Shown one piece after another: positions 25,228 to 33,995 of a stretch of DNA of 64,000 bases (positions are counted from its first letter, which is position 1; every line of letters begins with the position of its first letter). The position numbers and the translations under genes were made by a program. The notes below the pieces were generated by a model. The model was not told where the DNA came from. It ran no database searches and worked only from the letters and a program-made list of their open reading frames with translations. The stretch is from Bacillota bacterium (GTDB lineage: Bacteria > Bacillota > Clostridia > Christensenellales > UBA1242): positions 1,868 through 65,867 of the forward strand of contig WRCD01000005.1 in NCBI GenBank assembly GCA_009784185.1. Direction: 5' to 3'.

Positions 25228-25375
25228 TAATACTTAATACTTAATAACTAAAGATGCGGCTAGCAAAGCTGACGCGGTCTGTTAGGTGCCTTCGCAAATC
25301 ACATTCCCCGTCACTTCGCTGCCACATCTTTTTGGAGCGCCAGCGACCTATACTTGTTCCCTGTTCCCTGTTCAC
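25228..25375 (-). repeat. Family-B long hairpin (copy B2, inverted) + GGAGCGCCAGCGACC + heptamer array D2
   Basis: The reverse complement matches 24448-24575 with a few substitutions and one extra ATTAAGT unit. It ends in CTTGTTC CCTGTTC CCTGTTC AC. Confidence 0.85.
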
Positions 25376-25404
25376 TAAAAAATCACCCCGCAGGGTGATT
25401 TTTT
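25376..25404 (-). terminator. Terminator after ndk
   Basis: ATCACCC-cgca-GGGTGAT flanked by A and T runs, so it is bidirectional in form. Confidence 0.75.
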
Positions 25405-25812
25405 TTACGCGTTCTTTCCAAAAAATCTTTTAATCTCAATCTCGGCGTTTTCAGCACTGTCCGAGCCATGTATCAGGTTCTCGCCGTCCATAAAGCTGTA
25501 GTCGCCGCGGATTGTACCGGGTGCTGCTTCTAAGTACTTGGTTGCGCCCATTAGTATTCTCATGCCCTCAATTACACGCTTGCCCTCAACAACCATACCC
25601 AGCACAGGCCCGCCCTGCATATATGCCACAATCTCCGGGTAAAAGCTTCTGCTCATAATATGCGAGTAATGCTCATTAAGCACTTCCTCTGTCATGTTAA
25701 ACATTTTAGCGTTTGTAATTTTGTAGCCATGATGTTCAATTCTGGTAATAATTTCTCCCATAAGCCCGCGCTTGATAGCATCCGGCTTTATCATAATGTA
25801 GGTTCTCTCCAT
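25405..25812 (-). CDS. ndk: Nucleoside diphosphate kinase
   Basis: MERTYIMIKPDAIKRGLMGEIITRIE .. NLIHGSDS. GGAG precedes the ATG at 25812. I rejected the track start at 25842. Confidence 0.9.
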   Translation of the reverse strand: MERTYIMIKPDAIKRGLMGEIITRIEHHGYKITNAKMFNMTEEVLNEHYSHIMSRSFYPEIVAYMQGGPVLGMVVEGKRVIEGMRILMGATKYLEAAPGTIRGDYSFMDGENLIHGSDSAENAEIEIKRFFGKNA

Positions 25813-25825
25813 AATTTTTCTCCTT

Positions 25826-25869
25826 AATATTCCCCTCTGCAAGAGGGGCGCCCGAAGGGCGGGGTGTGG
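25826..25869 (+). repeat. Family-A repeat
   Basis: AATATTCCCCTCTGCAAGAGGGGCGCCCGAAGGGCGGGGTGTGG. Confidence 0.85.
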
Positions 25870-25921
25870 TTAATGGGTTTATTGTAACAGATTTCTAGCC
25901 TGTTGGCAAGCAAAAGAATGT

Positions 25922-25962
25922 AATTCCCCTAGCCACGGAGGGGTGCCCGAAGGGCGGGGTGG
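25922..25962 (+). repeat. Family-A repeat
   Basis: AATTCCCCTAGCCACGGAGGGGTGCCCGAAGGGCGGGGTGG. Confidence 0.85.
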
Positions 25963-25973
25963 TTTAAAACAAA

Positions 25974-25999
25974 AAGCCCCCATTTAAGGGAGGCTTTTT
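25974..25999 (-). terminator. Terminator after the 1094-aa gene
   Basis: On the minus strand: AAAGCCTCCC-ttaaat-GGGGGCTTTTT. Confidence 0.7.
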
Positions 26000-26012
26000 A
26001 TTTGATTATTAC

Positions 26013-29000
26013 TTACGCAAGAGATGCAAGGTAGTTGTCAATTGCGCTTGACAAGCTGTCAATGTGAAGCAGGATATCAGCTTCGGTAGTTGTAAGTCCA
26101 TGACCGGTTGCATCAGTCGGGTCTAAAAGAAGTGTAACAGCTTCGCCAATAAGCGTTCCCATAACCACCACAAAGCCCGTAGGAGATTCATCACTGAGCA
26201 CCGCTTGAAGTGCAAACAACTGGGCAAGACTTAAGCCTGTTATTTCATTGATTAATGCGCCTTCAACGTCTGGTAACAGCCCTGTGCTGCTGTCAAACAA
26301 GTCTTCTTTTTCAAACGGAGCCACTGCAAGATATGTGAGCAAGCCGTCAAGTTCAATATTGAGCTGAGCAACAATACCGCCAAACAGTTCATCCATCATT
26401 GCAGGCAGCATTCCTGCAAAAACGCCCTGTGCTATATCACTAATCAGGTCAATTACCGCATAAGCAACTCCCGGAGTAACTATCTTGCCGTTGCTGTCTG
26501 CAATAGCATTCAGGTTGGTAAGCGCTTCCCCAATTTTTTGCATTATCACTTCAGTGTCAGTCTCGGTTGTCAGTGCAGGCAGCGTCATAGCCACACCAAA
26601 CAGGTCAAGCAGGTTAGCAAGCTCCATTCCGTAATTAACCTCGGTTGCGGTGCCGTAGTTTGTAAGCATTTCGGTAATTAAATCACCAAACTCAGACGGT
26701 GCACCTGTCATCATACCGGGTGCCATATCTAAAAACATTCCTATAATCAGTCTGTCAATAACTTCCACAACTTCGGCAGTAATCAACTGGCTTGGCGGTA
26801 CAACCGGGTCGGCACCGGCATCGCCGTTTACAATTCCGTTAAGCGCATCCAGAATGCCGGTAAGCGCTCCCATCGGGTCTTCTCCAAGGAAAGCTTCCGG
26901 GTCATCCATTAAGCCCATAATTGTTGCAAAGAAGCCTTGCAGGTTAACAAACTCTTGCTCATAGCAAATGTCATTGTCGGTAATGTTCTCGCCAAGAATA
27001 GTAAATATATCACTGATTGCAATGTTCATCGGGTCAAGCATATCAGGCTCGTCACCCAGGAATGTTTCTCCCGCAATGCTCAACAATGCTCCAAGAACAA
27101 AGTCCGGCACGCCTTTCAGCAGCTTGTTGGCATTAATAGCATCAAGCGCCGCACCAAGCTCTGCAAACAGCGGAGATTCAAGAATTTCCAGCGGGTCGGT
27201 AATGCCTGCGTCAAAAATGTCCATAAACACGCCAAACAAGCCCATAAGTTCTGGCAATGCATCGGCATATTTTTCACCCGACTCGTTAAACGCGGTTATG
27301 TTATCTGTAATCTGGCTAAGCAATCCGTCAAGCATCAGTTTCATCGGGTCATCGTCGTCAAGCTCACCCATTAAGGTGCCTGCCATGCCTATAAAGCCTG
27401 TTACAATGTTGCTAAACACTGGGTCGCCAAAAATGTGTGAGATTCGTATTGTATCCAGTATGTTACCAACCACAGCAAGGTCAAGGCTGGTAATATCAAA
27501 CTCGCCTTCACCGCTTAAAGAGTCAACAAGTGCTCCAATGTCATTCATAATGTCTGCGTACTTAGCAAATTCTTCCTCAAAAGATGGACAGCTTATAATG
27601 TTTCCAAGGCAGTCCCTGATTGCATTAACCAACTCATCGGGCAATTTAAATCCAAGGTCTCCGCCGTCAATAGCCTCAAACAGCATATCTTCAAGCATAC
27701 CCATTACTGCAGGCATAAGCTCACGCCATGCTACAGGCGAGAAGTCCTTCTTAAAGGTGTCAAGCAGCTTGCCAACCACCAGCATCACATTGCCGGCCTG
27801 TTCAAAGTAGTTGTCGTTGTTAAAGTCAATTCCGCCTACAATTTCAAGTCCGAAACCTAAAACCTTTTCAAATGTGGTCTTAAGCCCCTCAATATCTACC
27901 AGCTTTTCGGTTTCACCAACGTTTATTGTTGTATCAATTAAGTCTGCTACATAATGGAATGCAGTTTCAAGTGCAAGCACGGCAATTCCTTCAACCATGT
28001 GCATACCAAAAATTCCGTCCGAAATTGCCTTAATCAGCGTATCGTCTATCTTAGACAGGATAAACTCAAAGTTTACTGTTCCGCTTGCCGGCTTAAGAAG
28101 CTCCAGCAGAATTCCCGACTCACCAAGCGCATCCGCAATATCAAACAACTGGTTTACGTCGTGCTTAATGGTGTCCATTACAACTTTCTTAAACTCTGTT
28201 AAACTGCCTGTCAGCAGGTCCTCAAGCCTGTCGTTGCCCAGCTTAAGGTCAGACAGTTTAAACCATGCATCGTCGCTTTCATCAAGCAGCATGTTTATAA
28301 GCACAGGAATAAGCTCGTCCGCAACAATCTTAACAATGTTGGAGTCAAACACTCCGTTAACCACGTCTCTGGCCAGCCCCAGCATCTTCATCAGGTCGTC
28401 CTGTGTTATGGTTCCGTCTTGCAGCATGGCAAACATACTAAACAGTTCCTGACCATCGGCGGCCAGCATAGCAGCATTAACTATTTCTTCTTTCAGGTTA
28501 ACCGACTTTTTGCTGGCACCATCTCCAACGGTAACAGTAGATAACTTAGTGTAGAAAATGTTTCCTACCCATTCCATACCGGTGTATCGTAATATGTATC
28601 TTGCAGGGCTGTTTTCATATGCCATAACATAACTCATAGCCTCTGCGCCCGCAAGCTCGGTAACAAGCCCGTTTGCACTGGGACCGCGCTTTTCGGCAGT
28701 CTTACGGTCAACGGTAACAACAATGTCAAGTATTCCAAGCACAGGCATAAGTGTCATGCTGGCTACAAACAAACCTAGCACTACACCAACAGCCATACCC
28801 GCAAGTCTGAATTTCTTTCTTGGGGTTCCGTCCTTGCGCTTTTTCTTAAACGGCGGAACAGTTGCAGCAATAATTGCCCATATCGGCCAAAGCACAACTT
28901 TGGTAAGCCAGAACAGCAGCAGAAACACAAACGCGTTTATCAGCAAAAACGGCAGGTTCTGAATCAGCTCTATGGTAGCTCCCAGCTCCGAAACGTCAAA

Positions 29001-29297
29001 CGGCAAATAGCTTGCAAGCGCCCAGTCTATAAGGCTTTGTATGGTAAGCGTTGCCGGCAATGTAACGGTGTCCGGAAGCATTCCGGCCAGCATATCTCCC
29101 GCAAAACTTAAATTAACAGTGTAAATACTGGACGTAATAATTGGCGTCAGGAACAGCAAAATTACCGCCGTCAGCACAATCCATCCGGTTCTGAATCCGG
29201 ATTTTATAAGGCCCCTTATTGCACCCCACATTATGCCGAAAAGCAAAAATAGGGCTACAATGCCGGTTAAAATCCAGCCTACAAGTGAACTATCCAT
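26013..29297 (-). CDS. Giant membrane-anchored acidic protein (CvpA-like N-terminal TM bundle + ~850-aa D/E/L/G-rich helical region)
   Basis: The N-terminus MDSSLVGWILTGIVALFLLFGIMWGAIRGLIKSGFR resembles CvpA. About five TM helices are followed by a long acidic region with no family I recognise. The overlapping plus-strand ORFs are shadow frames. Confidence 0.7.
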   Translation of the reverse strand: MDSSLVGWILTGIVALFLLFGIMWGAIRGLIKSGFRTGWIVLTAVILLFLTPIITSSIYTVNLSFAGDMLAGMLPDTVTLPATLTIQSLIDWALASYLPFDVSELGATIELIQNLPFLLINAFVFLLLFWLTKVVLWPIWAIIAATVPPFKKKRKDGTPRKKFRLAGMAVGVVLGLFVASMTLMPVLGILDIVVTVDRKTAEKRGPSANGLVTELAGAEAMSYVMAYENSPARYILRYTGMEWVGNIFYTKLSTVTVGDGASKKSVNLKEEIVNAAMLAADGQELFSMFAMLQDGTITQDDLMKMLGLARDVVNGVFDSNIVKIVADELIPVLINMLLDESDDAWFKLSDLKLGNDRLEDLLTGSLTEFKKVVMDTIKHDVNQLFDIADALGESGILLELLKPASGTVNFEFILSKIDDTLIKAISDGIFGMHMVEGIAVLALETAFHYVADLIDTTINVGETEKLVDIEGLKTTFEKVLGFGLEIVGGIDFNNDNYFEQAGNVMLVVGKLLDTFKKDFSPVAWRELMPAVMGMLEDMLFEAIDGGDLGFKLPDELVNAIRDCLGNIISCPSFEEEFAKYADIMNDIGALVDSLSGEGEFDITSLDLAVVGNILDTIRISHIFGDPVFSNIVTGFIGMAGTLMGELDDDDPMKLMLDGLLSQITDNITAFNESGEKYADALPELMGLFGVFMDIFDAGITDPLEILESPLFAELGAALDAINANKLLKGVPDFVLGALLSIAGETFLGDEPDMLDPMNIAISDIFTILGENITDNDICYEQEFVNLQGFFATIMGLMDDPEAFLGEDPMGALTGILDALNGIVNGDAGADPVVPPSQLITAEVVEVIDRLIIGMFLDMAPGMMTGAPSEFGDLITEMLTNYGTATEVNYGMELANLLDLFGVAMTLPALTTETDTEVIMQKIGEALTNLNAIADSNGKIVTPGVAYAVIDLISDIAQGVFAGMLPAMMDELFGGIVAQLNIELDGLLTYLAVAPFEKEDLFDSSTGLLPDVEGALINEITGLSLAQLFALQAVLSDESPTGFVVVMGTLIGEAVTLLLDPTDATGHGLTTTEADILLHIDSLSSAIDNYLASLA

Positions 29298-29424
29298 TTT
29301 TCCTCCTGTGTCTGACCCCGTAAAAATGGCATAAGGGGGCAGGCAGTATTATGTAATAGTTAGATTATACATTTTTAAAATAAAAGATACAAACAATTTA
29401 ACAAACTATTTTAAAAAAGAGCCT

Positions 29425-30336
29425 TTACGGCTCTTTTTGCTCTATTTCTTTAGGCTTGACTTTCTTCTTAAACAATTTTTTTATATTTTTTCCGTATACT
29501 CCGCCAAGTATTACGCTGTACGCAACGGCAAAGACGACTAAAATAAACGCCCAGGTCGGAGCAATCCCTTCCGCTATAATATCTTTTATATACATTGCGT
29601 CACCCCAGTCGCCGCTTCTGAGGAAGTCTGTGTAATTCTGCCCAAGCGCAAAAACTGTGCATATAAGCATTCCTATTGCAAACTGCCAGATATGGTGGAG
29701 GCTGTGCTTAACCTCGCCTGTCTTCCACATGAGTACTGCAAAGATTATCATGAGTGCATGAACAGTTATCTGGTCCAGTATTCCATAATTTAATAAATCA
29801 ATTTTATAAATACCGAAATTAAAGAATATTGTAGATACTCCGCCAATAAATGCAGCCAAAGTTATAAACGGAAGAGTATATTGCCTTCCTTTTTTCATAA
29901 AGTATATCACCGGCAACAAATAAGCAACCTGGCGGCACAAGTGCGCCGGAAAACTTTTCGTAAGATGAACAAACTCAATAGCCCAAAACATCATTGTGGC
30001 TGCAAAAATTGTTATGGCTATTCCAAAAAATATTTTGCGCTGAAGCTCTTCGTCTTTAACAAGATAAACAATTAAGTAGGTAATCAGTGCTAACCCTAGG
30101 CAAATACCTACCATAAACAAAATCGGCTCGGTATGCCCTGTTAGCGTTGCCACATTGTTGTTTATCTGGGTGCCGCGCAGCAGATTTGTAAGCAGATTGG
30201 CACTAAACGCAAACACCAGCGATATTTTTATTGCCCTGGTTAATTTGTATGGCAGCTTTTTGCCAAAGATACAAATAAGTGTGCAAACGGCAATAATTAT
30301 TGCCCATACAACAACTTGCATAATAATCGGATTCAT
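29425..30336 (-). CDS. Polytopic membrane protein (303 aa)
   Basis: About eight hydrophobic helices. Family not recognised. Confidence 0.6.
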   Translation of the reverse strand: MNPIIMQVVVWAIIIAVCTLICIFGKKLPYKLTRAIKISLVFAFSANLLTNLLRGTQINNNVATLTGHTEPILFMVGICLGLALITYLIVYLVKDEELQRKIFFGIAITIFAATMMFWAIEFVHLTKSFPAHLCRQVAYLLPVIYFMKKGRQYTLPFITLAAFIGGVSTIFFNFGIYKIDLLNYGILDQITVHALMIIFAVLMWKTGEVKHSLHHIWQFAIGMLICTVFALGQNYTDFLRSGDWGDAMYIKDIIAEGIAPTWAFILVVFAVAYSVILGGVYGKNIKKLFKKKVKPKEIEQKEP

Positions 30337-30347
30337 ATTTTTTCTCC

Positions 30348-30749
30348 TTATCTCAATTTTTCCAACAATTCACTAAACCTGTCTTCCCACTCGGGGTGGG
30401 TTGCCCATTTCACGTTTTGGCCGTCGCCCAACGCTCTGGGCACAATATGATAATGTAAGTGCATTATCTCCTGCTGAGCTTCCGTACCGCTGCTGCATAG
30501 CACCTGCAGGTTTTTAAGCCCTAGCTTATCCTCGTATAGTTTAACAATCTTTTTAATTGCACGCATTATATGCGCCGACTCTTCCTCAGGGACATCAAAC
30601 ATATTTACAAAATGCGCCTTTGGAATCACCAGCGTATGATACTCGGCCGCCGGATAGATATCAAAAAACGCTAAAACAAACTCATCCTCATAAACCTTAT
30701 AGCACGGAATCTCCCCTGCAATAATTTTACAAAATATACAATTGTCCAT
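30348..30749 (-). CDS. HIT-family (histidine triad) nucleotide hydrolase
   Basis: CIFCKIIAGEIP and the histidine triad HLHYHIVP. Confidence 0.9.
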   Translation of the reverse strand: MDNCIFCKIIAGEIPCYKVYEDEFVLAFFDIYPAAEYHTLVIPKAHFVNMFDVPEEESAHIMRAIKKIVKLYEDKLGLKNLQVLCSSGTEAQQEIMHLHYHIVPRALGDGQNVKWATHPEWEDRFSELLEKLR

Positions 30750-30764
30750 AACGACCTCCGGTTT

Positions 30765-31940
30765 TTATTTTGCTAGTGTAATTATTCTCTCAATGTCATT
30801 AAACGATAGCTGTCCGTAGCCGCCAAGCGTAATGTCAACCGGAAATGTGTCGGCGGCAAGTTTTTTAACATCATCTGCATCAATGCCGACTTCACTCAAT
30901 GTCGTTGGCAGCTTTAATGTTTTGTAAAAACTTTCTAGCCTTGCTATCCCGTCAGAAATTATCGCTCCTTCGGTCTTTCCGCTTGCCTGCATAACTTCTT
31001 TAGCAAACTGCAACACCTTAGCCGGACGCATTTTGCCCACATGCTTCAGCCACGCCGGAAACATTATGGCCAGCCCCGCACCATGCGCAATGTTATGCGT
31101 TCCGGATAAGAAATTGTTTTCAATTACATGACATGCCCAGTCCTGAATTCCCCTGCCCATATCCAACATGCCATTGTGCGCAATCAGCCCAAGCAGGCAA
31201 AACTCCGACCACAAATCATAGTTTTTGCTGTCTTTATACAGCGTAGGAGCAATTTCCAGCACACTTTGCATTGCGGCTGCTAACAATTTATCGGTTACCC
31301 TTATGTTCTTCTGAGGCGAAAAGTATCGCTCCATTAAATGCGCCAAAATGTCCGACGCGCCATTTGCAATCTGCTGGCTGGGCAATGTGGTGCAATATGC
31401 AGGATTAATAAACGCAAACTTGGGCCTGAGACACTCTGCCATTATGGCGTACTTCTTGCCGGTTAACTCGTCTCTTATCACCGTACCGCTGGAGCCCTCG
31501 CTGCCGGCTGCCGGAATTGTAAGCACCGCACCAAGCGGCAATGCCGTTTCTAAACCTGCCGCATCTCCGCTTTGAAAAAGCGACCAAACATTAGCATTCA
31601 TTACTCCGGCCGCAATAAACTTTGCTGTATCAATAACGCTTCCTCCGCCAATGGCAAGTATAAAATCCGCCTTGCTTTCCCTCGCAGCCTCAACACCTTT
31701 CAGCGCATGTCCTCTCAACGGGTTGGCAATTATTCCGCCAAATTCGCTAAATTGCAGACTCTCACTTGTCAGTACAGCTTTAACCCTTTCAAGAATGCTG
31801 TTTAAATAGTGCCCTCCTCCTCCTCCATAGCAAATTAAAACTTTAGACGCACCAAACCGCTTTAAGGTCTTAGCCAAAACCAGTTCGTCATTACACCCAA
31901 AAATAATCTCACTTTTATTTTCAAAGTTAAACTTCAGCAT
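30765..31940 (-). CDS. Iron-containing (type III) alcohol dehydrogenase
   Basis: GGGSVIDTAKFIA nucleotide-binding motif, plus HxxxH-type metal ligands (ILAHLMERYF, HNIAHGAGL). Confidence 0.85.
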   Translation of the reverse strand: MLKFNFENKSEIIFGCNDELVLAKTLKRFGASKVLICYGGGGGHYLNSILERVKAVLTSESLQFSEFGGIIANPLRGHALKGVEAARESKADFILAIGGGSVIDTAKFIAAGVMNANVWSLFQSGDAAGLETALPLGAVLTIPAAGSEGSSGTVIRDELTGKKYAIMAECLRPKFAFINPAYCTTLPSQQIANGASDILAHLMERYFSPQKNIRVTDKLLAAAMQSVLEIAPTLYKDSKNYDLWSEFCLLGLIAHNGMLDMGRGIQDWACHVIENNFLSGTHNIAHGAGLAIMFPAWLKHVGKMRPAKVLQFAKEVMQASGKTEGAIISDGIARLESFYKTLKLPTTLSEVGIDADDVKKLAADTFPVDITLGGYGQLSFNDIERIITLAK

Positions 31941-32093
31941 TATGTTCTCCTTTTACTACCAAATTGCCGGCTATACAACTCCTCCGTCTCATGCCGCCAC
32001 GGCATACTGTTTAGCACTCCCATCCGGCTGGCGTTTATAGTTGCAGCACAAATCCCCATTCGCACACTCTCGGCTTTGCTCTTGCCCTCATTC

Positions 32094-33305
32094 CTAAACA
32101 CTCATCACAAAAAACTTGCGCTCAAACCCATTTTCAAGCGTGGCGGTTTTTACATAGCTAAACCCGGCTTTTTCCAAAACCTTCTGCTCGCTCTGCAGGC
32201 TTGGGTGCAGCATCATAATTACGGTTGACAGCTCCTTTGCCTTTGCGTTTAAAATCTGCTCTTTAATTAATTTAAGCATAACATGCCCGCGCTTGTTCAG
32301 CAGCAGGTTCAAATTCAGCGAAATCTGCGCAACCCGCTCCAATGGCATATCCATCAGCACCTTGTATTCTTCTAAAAACTTCTGGTTGGTACACAGTTCA
32401 GAAAACCCAATAATCCGCTCTTTATCAAACGCCCCAACCGCAATACCGTAGTTTTCGTTAAACAGATTCTGTTTTTCAAGTTCCGAGTACGGCACAAACA
32501 GTTCGGGATTACCCAGTTCACTGTTCATTTCGTCAATCAAACCAAACACCTTCTTTTTGTCAAAACCCGCCAGCCTGCGGTACGCAATGTCGTCTTCATA
32601 CACTACATTGCGGTTGACCTTAGCCCAGTTTACAATACCCATAATGTCGTTAACCTGGTTTATAACCGGGTTTAAGAAAATCGGCAGCAGAGCCAGGTTG
32701 CCGGCTAGTATCGGAATCAGCCATAGTACCCCGATAATAATGTCATTAATTATCTGCATTAAAAAGCCGTACCTGTTGCGGCGTGACAAGAGGTAAATTG
32801 CAAATGTGCCGGACACAACCGAAAGAGTACTTATTAAGAGCAGTGCCGTACCGAACGCTTCCAGCAAAAAGTAGATGCCCGCAAAAAACACACCCTGGCT
32901 TAGCGCAATAACCAGCCACTCAACTTCCGACAACTTGCGCTCAATTACAATTCCGGTTTTTTTGTTGCGGTGCTTTACCCATTCATAAATACCATATACA
33001 AACAGCGGGAAATATGCCACCGCATATATCAGCACCTCACCGTAAAACTGGTTGTTGTAAGATAATATACAATATGTAATACAAATAGCAATACCCAACA
33101 CTTTACCAAGCAGTTTGCCTTTAGCCAGATAAAACGCACAAAGTATACCAATAAAACTTGTAATACCTGCAAAAATGTCTCCGCCAAAAAATATCAGCGT
33201 AGTTCCTATTGATAACACAGAAAAAGCTATTATACAATAGTCAAATACAGTCCAGTCTGAAAAATGTTTTTTAATGCTAAATTTCATATTCCTCTTTCCA
33301 TTCAT
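32094..33305 (-). CDS. pnuC: PnuC-like nicotinamide riboside transporter fused to a C-terminal GNAT-like domain
   Basis: The N-terminal ~225 aa have seven TM helices with FYGEVLIYAVAYFPLFVYGIYEW, which is PnuC-like. The C-terminal ~170 aa are soluble, with NKRGHVMLKLIKEQ .. EKAGFSYV, which is GNAT-like. Confidence 0.65.
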   Translation of the reverse strand: MNGKRNMKFSIKKHFSDWTVFDYCIIAFSVLSIGTTLIFFGGDIFAGITSFIGILCAFYLAKGKLLGKVLGIAICITYCILSYNNQFYGEVLIYAVAYFPLFVYGIYEWVKHRNKKTGIVIERKLSEVEWLVIALSQGVFFAGIYFLLEAFGTALLLISTLSVVSGTFAIYLLSRRNRYGFLMQIINDIIIGVLWLIPILAGNLALLPIFLNPVINQVNDIMGIVNWAKVNRNVVYEDDIAYRRLAGFDKKKVFGLIDEMNSELGNPELFVPYSELEKQNLFNENYGIAVGAFDKERIIGFSELCTNQKFLEEYKVLMDMPLERVAQISLNLNLLLNKRGHVMLKLIKEQILNAKAKELSTVIMMLHPSLQSEQKVLEKAGFSYVKTATLENGFERKFFVMSV

Positions 33306-33357
33306 AGGCCACTTCCAAATATCTCGGCTTCATGTTTTCCATATATGCTCCTCGTAT

Positions 33358-33417
33358 AATTCTCCCTTCCCGCCAAGGGAGTACGCCCGGAGGGCGGGGT
33401 GGTTTAAAAGGGGAATT
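33358..33417. repeat. Family-A repeat
   Basis: AATTCTCCCTTCCCGCCAAGGGAGTACGCCCGGAGGGCGGGGTGGTTTAAAAGGGGAATT. Confidence 0.8.
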
Positions 33418-33418
33418 T

Positions 33419-33838
33419 TTAAACCTCAAAACTATCCGTTTTAAAGTTGTGGTAATACCGCCCGCTCTTGGCCGTAAACTTAAGCACGCAATAATCCGGG
33501 TCGGTTACGCCTTTGCGGTAATACAAAGTATCGCCGCGCTGCCAAATCATTTCTTTAGTGGCGGCGTCTTCTAAAACCTCCATTGTGCCAACCAGCATTG
33601 CGCCGTGATACAACAACTTCCGGTCGTAAAAATATATGCACGCGTTAGGATTTTGTTTGTATTGCCCCACCCGCATACTGCTGGTGTTGGTGGTAAACCA
33701 AAACTCTTTTATGCCGTTCCGCTTCCGGGGCTTAAGCATTGCCTTCATATTAGGAAAGCCCTCGCCGTCCACGGAGCCGACAAACGACACCTTGCAAACA
33801 TCTGCCATTTTGCCAATTTCTTTTTCGTAATTTTTCAT
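33419..33838 (-). CDS. Pyridoxamine 5'-phosphate oxidase-family FMN-binding protein
   Basis: MKNYEKEIGKMADVCKVSFVGSVDGEGFPNMKAM .. ACIYFYD fits a general-stress-26-like fold. GGAG precedes the ATG at 33838. The track N-terminus is read from a repeat. Confidence 0.7.
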   Translation of the reverse strand: MKNYEKEIGKMADVCKVSFVGSVDGEGFPNMKAMLKPRKRNGIKEFWFTTNTSSMRVGQYKQNPNACIYFYDRKLLYHGAMLVGTMEVLEDAATKEMIWQRGDTLYYRKGVTDPDYCVLKFTAKSGRYYHNFKTDSFEV

Positions 33839-33857
33839 GTCTGCTCCTTTCCGTATC

Positions 33858-33981
33858 AATTCCCCTTTATGAAGGGGTGGATGCGCCATAGGCGCAGACG
33901 GGGTAGCCGTCACCAAAGGTGGCGCAAAAGCTTTTTCACATACCCCGCCCTTCGGGCACCCCTTTATCTTAAAGGGGAATT
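33858..33981. repeat. Family-A repeat, inverted pair (long + short form)
   Basis: AATTCCCCTTTATGAAGGGGTGGATGCGCCATAGGCGCAGACGGGGTAGCCGTCACCAAAGGTGGCGCAAAAGC ... TACCCCGCCCTTCGGGCACCCCTTTATCTTAAAGGGGAATT. Confidence 0.85.
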
Positions 33982-33995
33982 ACAACGGGAATTTT

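Noticed and set aside
24448-25375. Calling the inverted-repeat-flanked gene an IS element or composite transposon.
   Set aside because: There is no transposase or recombinase ORF inside or beside it, and no clear target-site duplication. I kept it only as a structural observation.
26968-27810. A 280-aa Ser-rich plus-strand ORF, plus several others of 80-150 aa, antisense to the 1094-aa gene.
   Set aside because: These are shadow frames of a long acidic gene, because GAx/CTx codons read as Ser/Ile-rich on the opposite strand. They have no start-site signals. The same applies to 45802-46290, 10031-10495, 3187-3606, 40730-41062, 61351-61770 and 60962-61360.
31941-32093. 153-nt GC-rich leader upstream of the alcohol dehydrogenase, with hairpins such as ATGCCG-tgg-CGGCAT and GCCGG...CCGGC. 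Considered as a riboswitch.
   Set aside because: I could not match it to any riboswitch consensus I know (TPP, SAM, cobalamin, fluoride, ykkC, GEMM, Moco). There is no clear terminator/antiterminator pair. A cmscan against Rfam would settle it.
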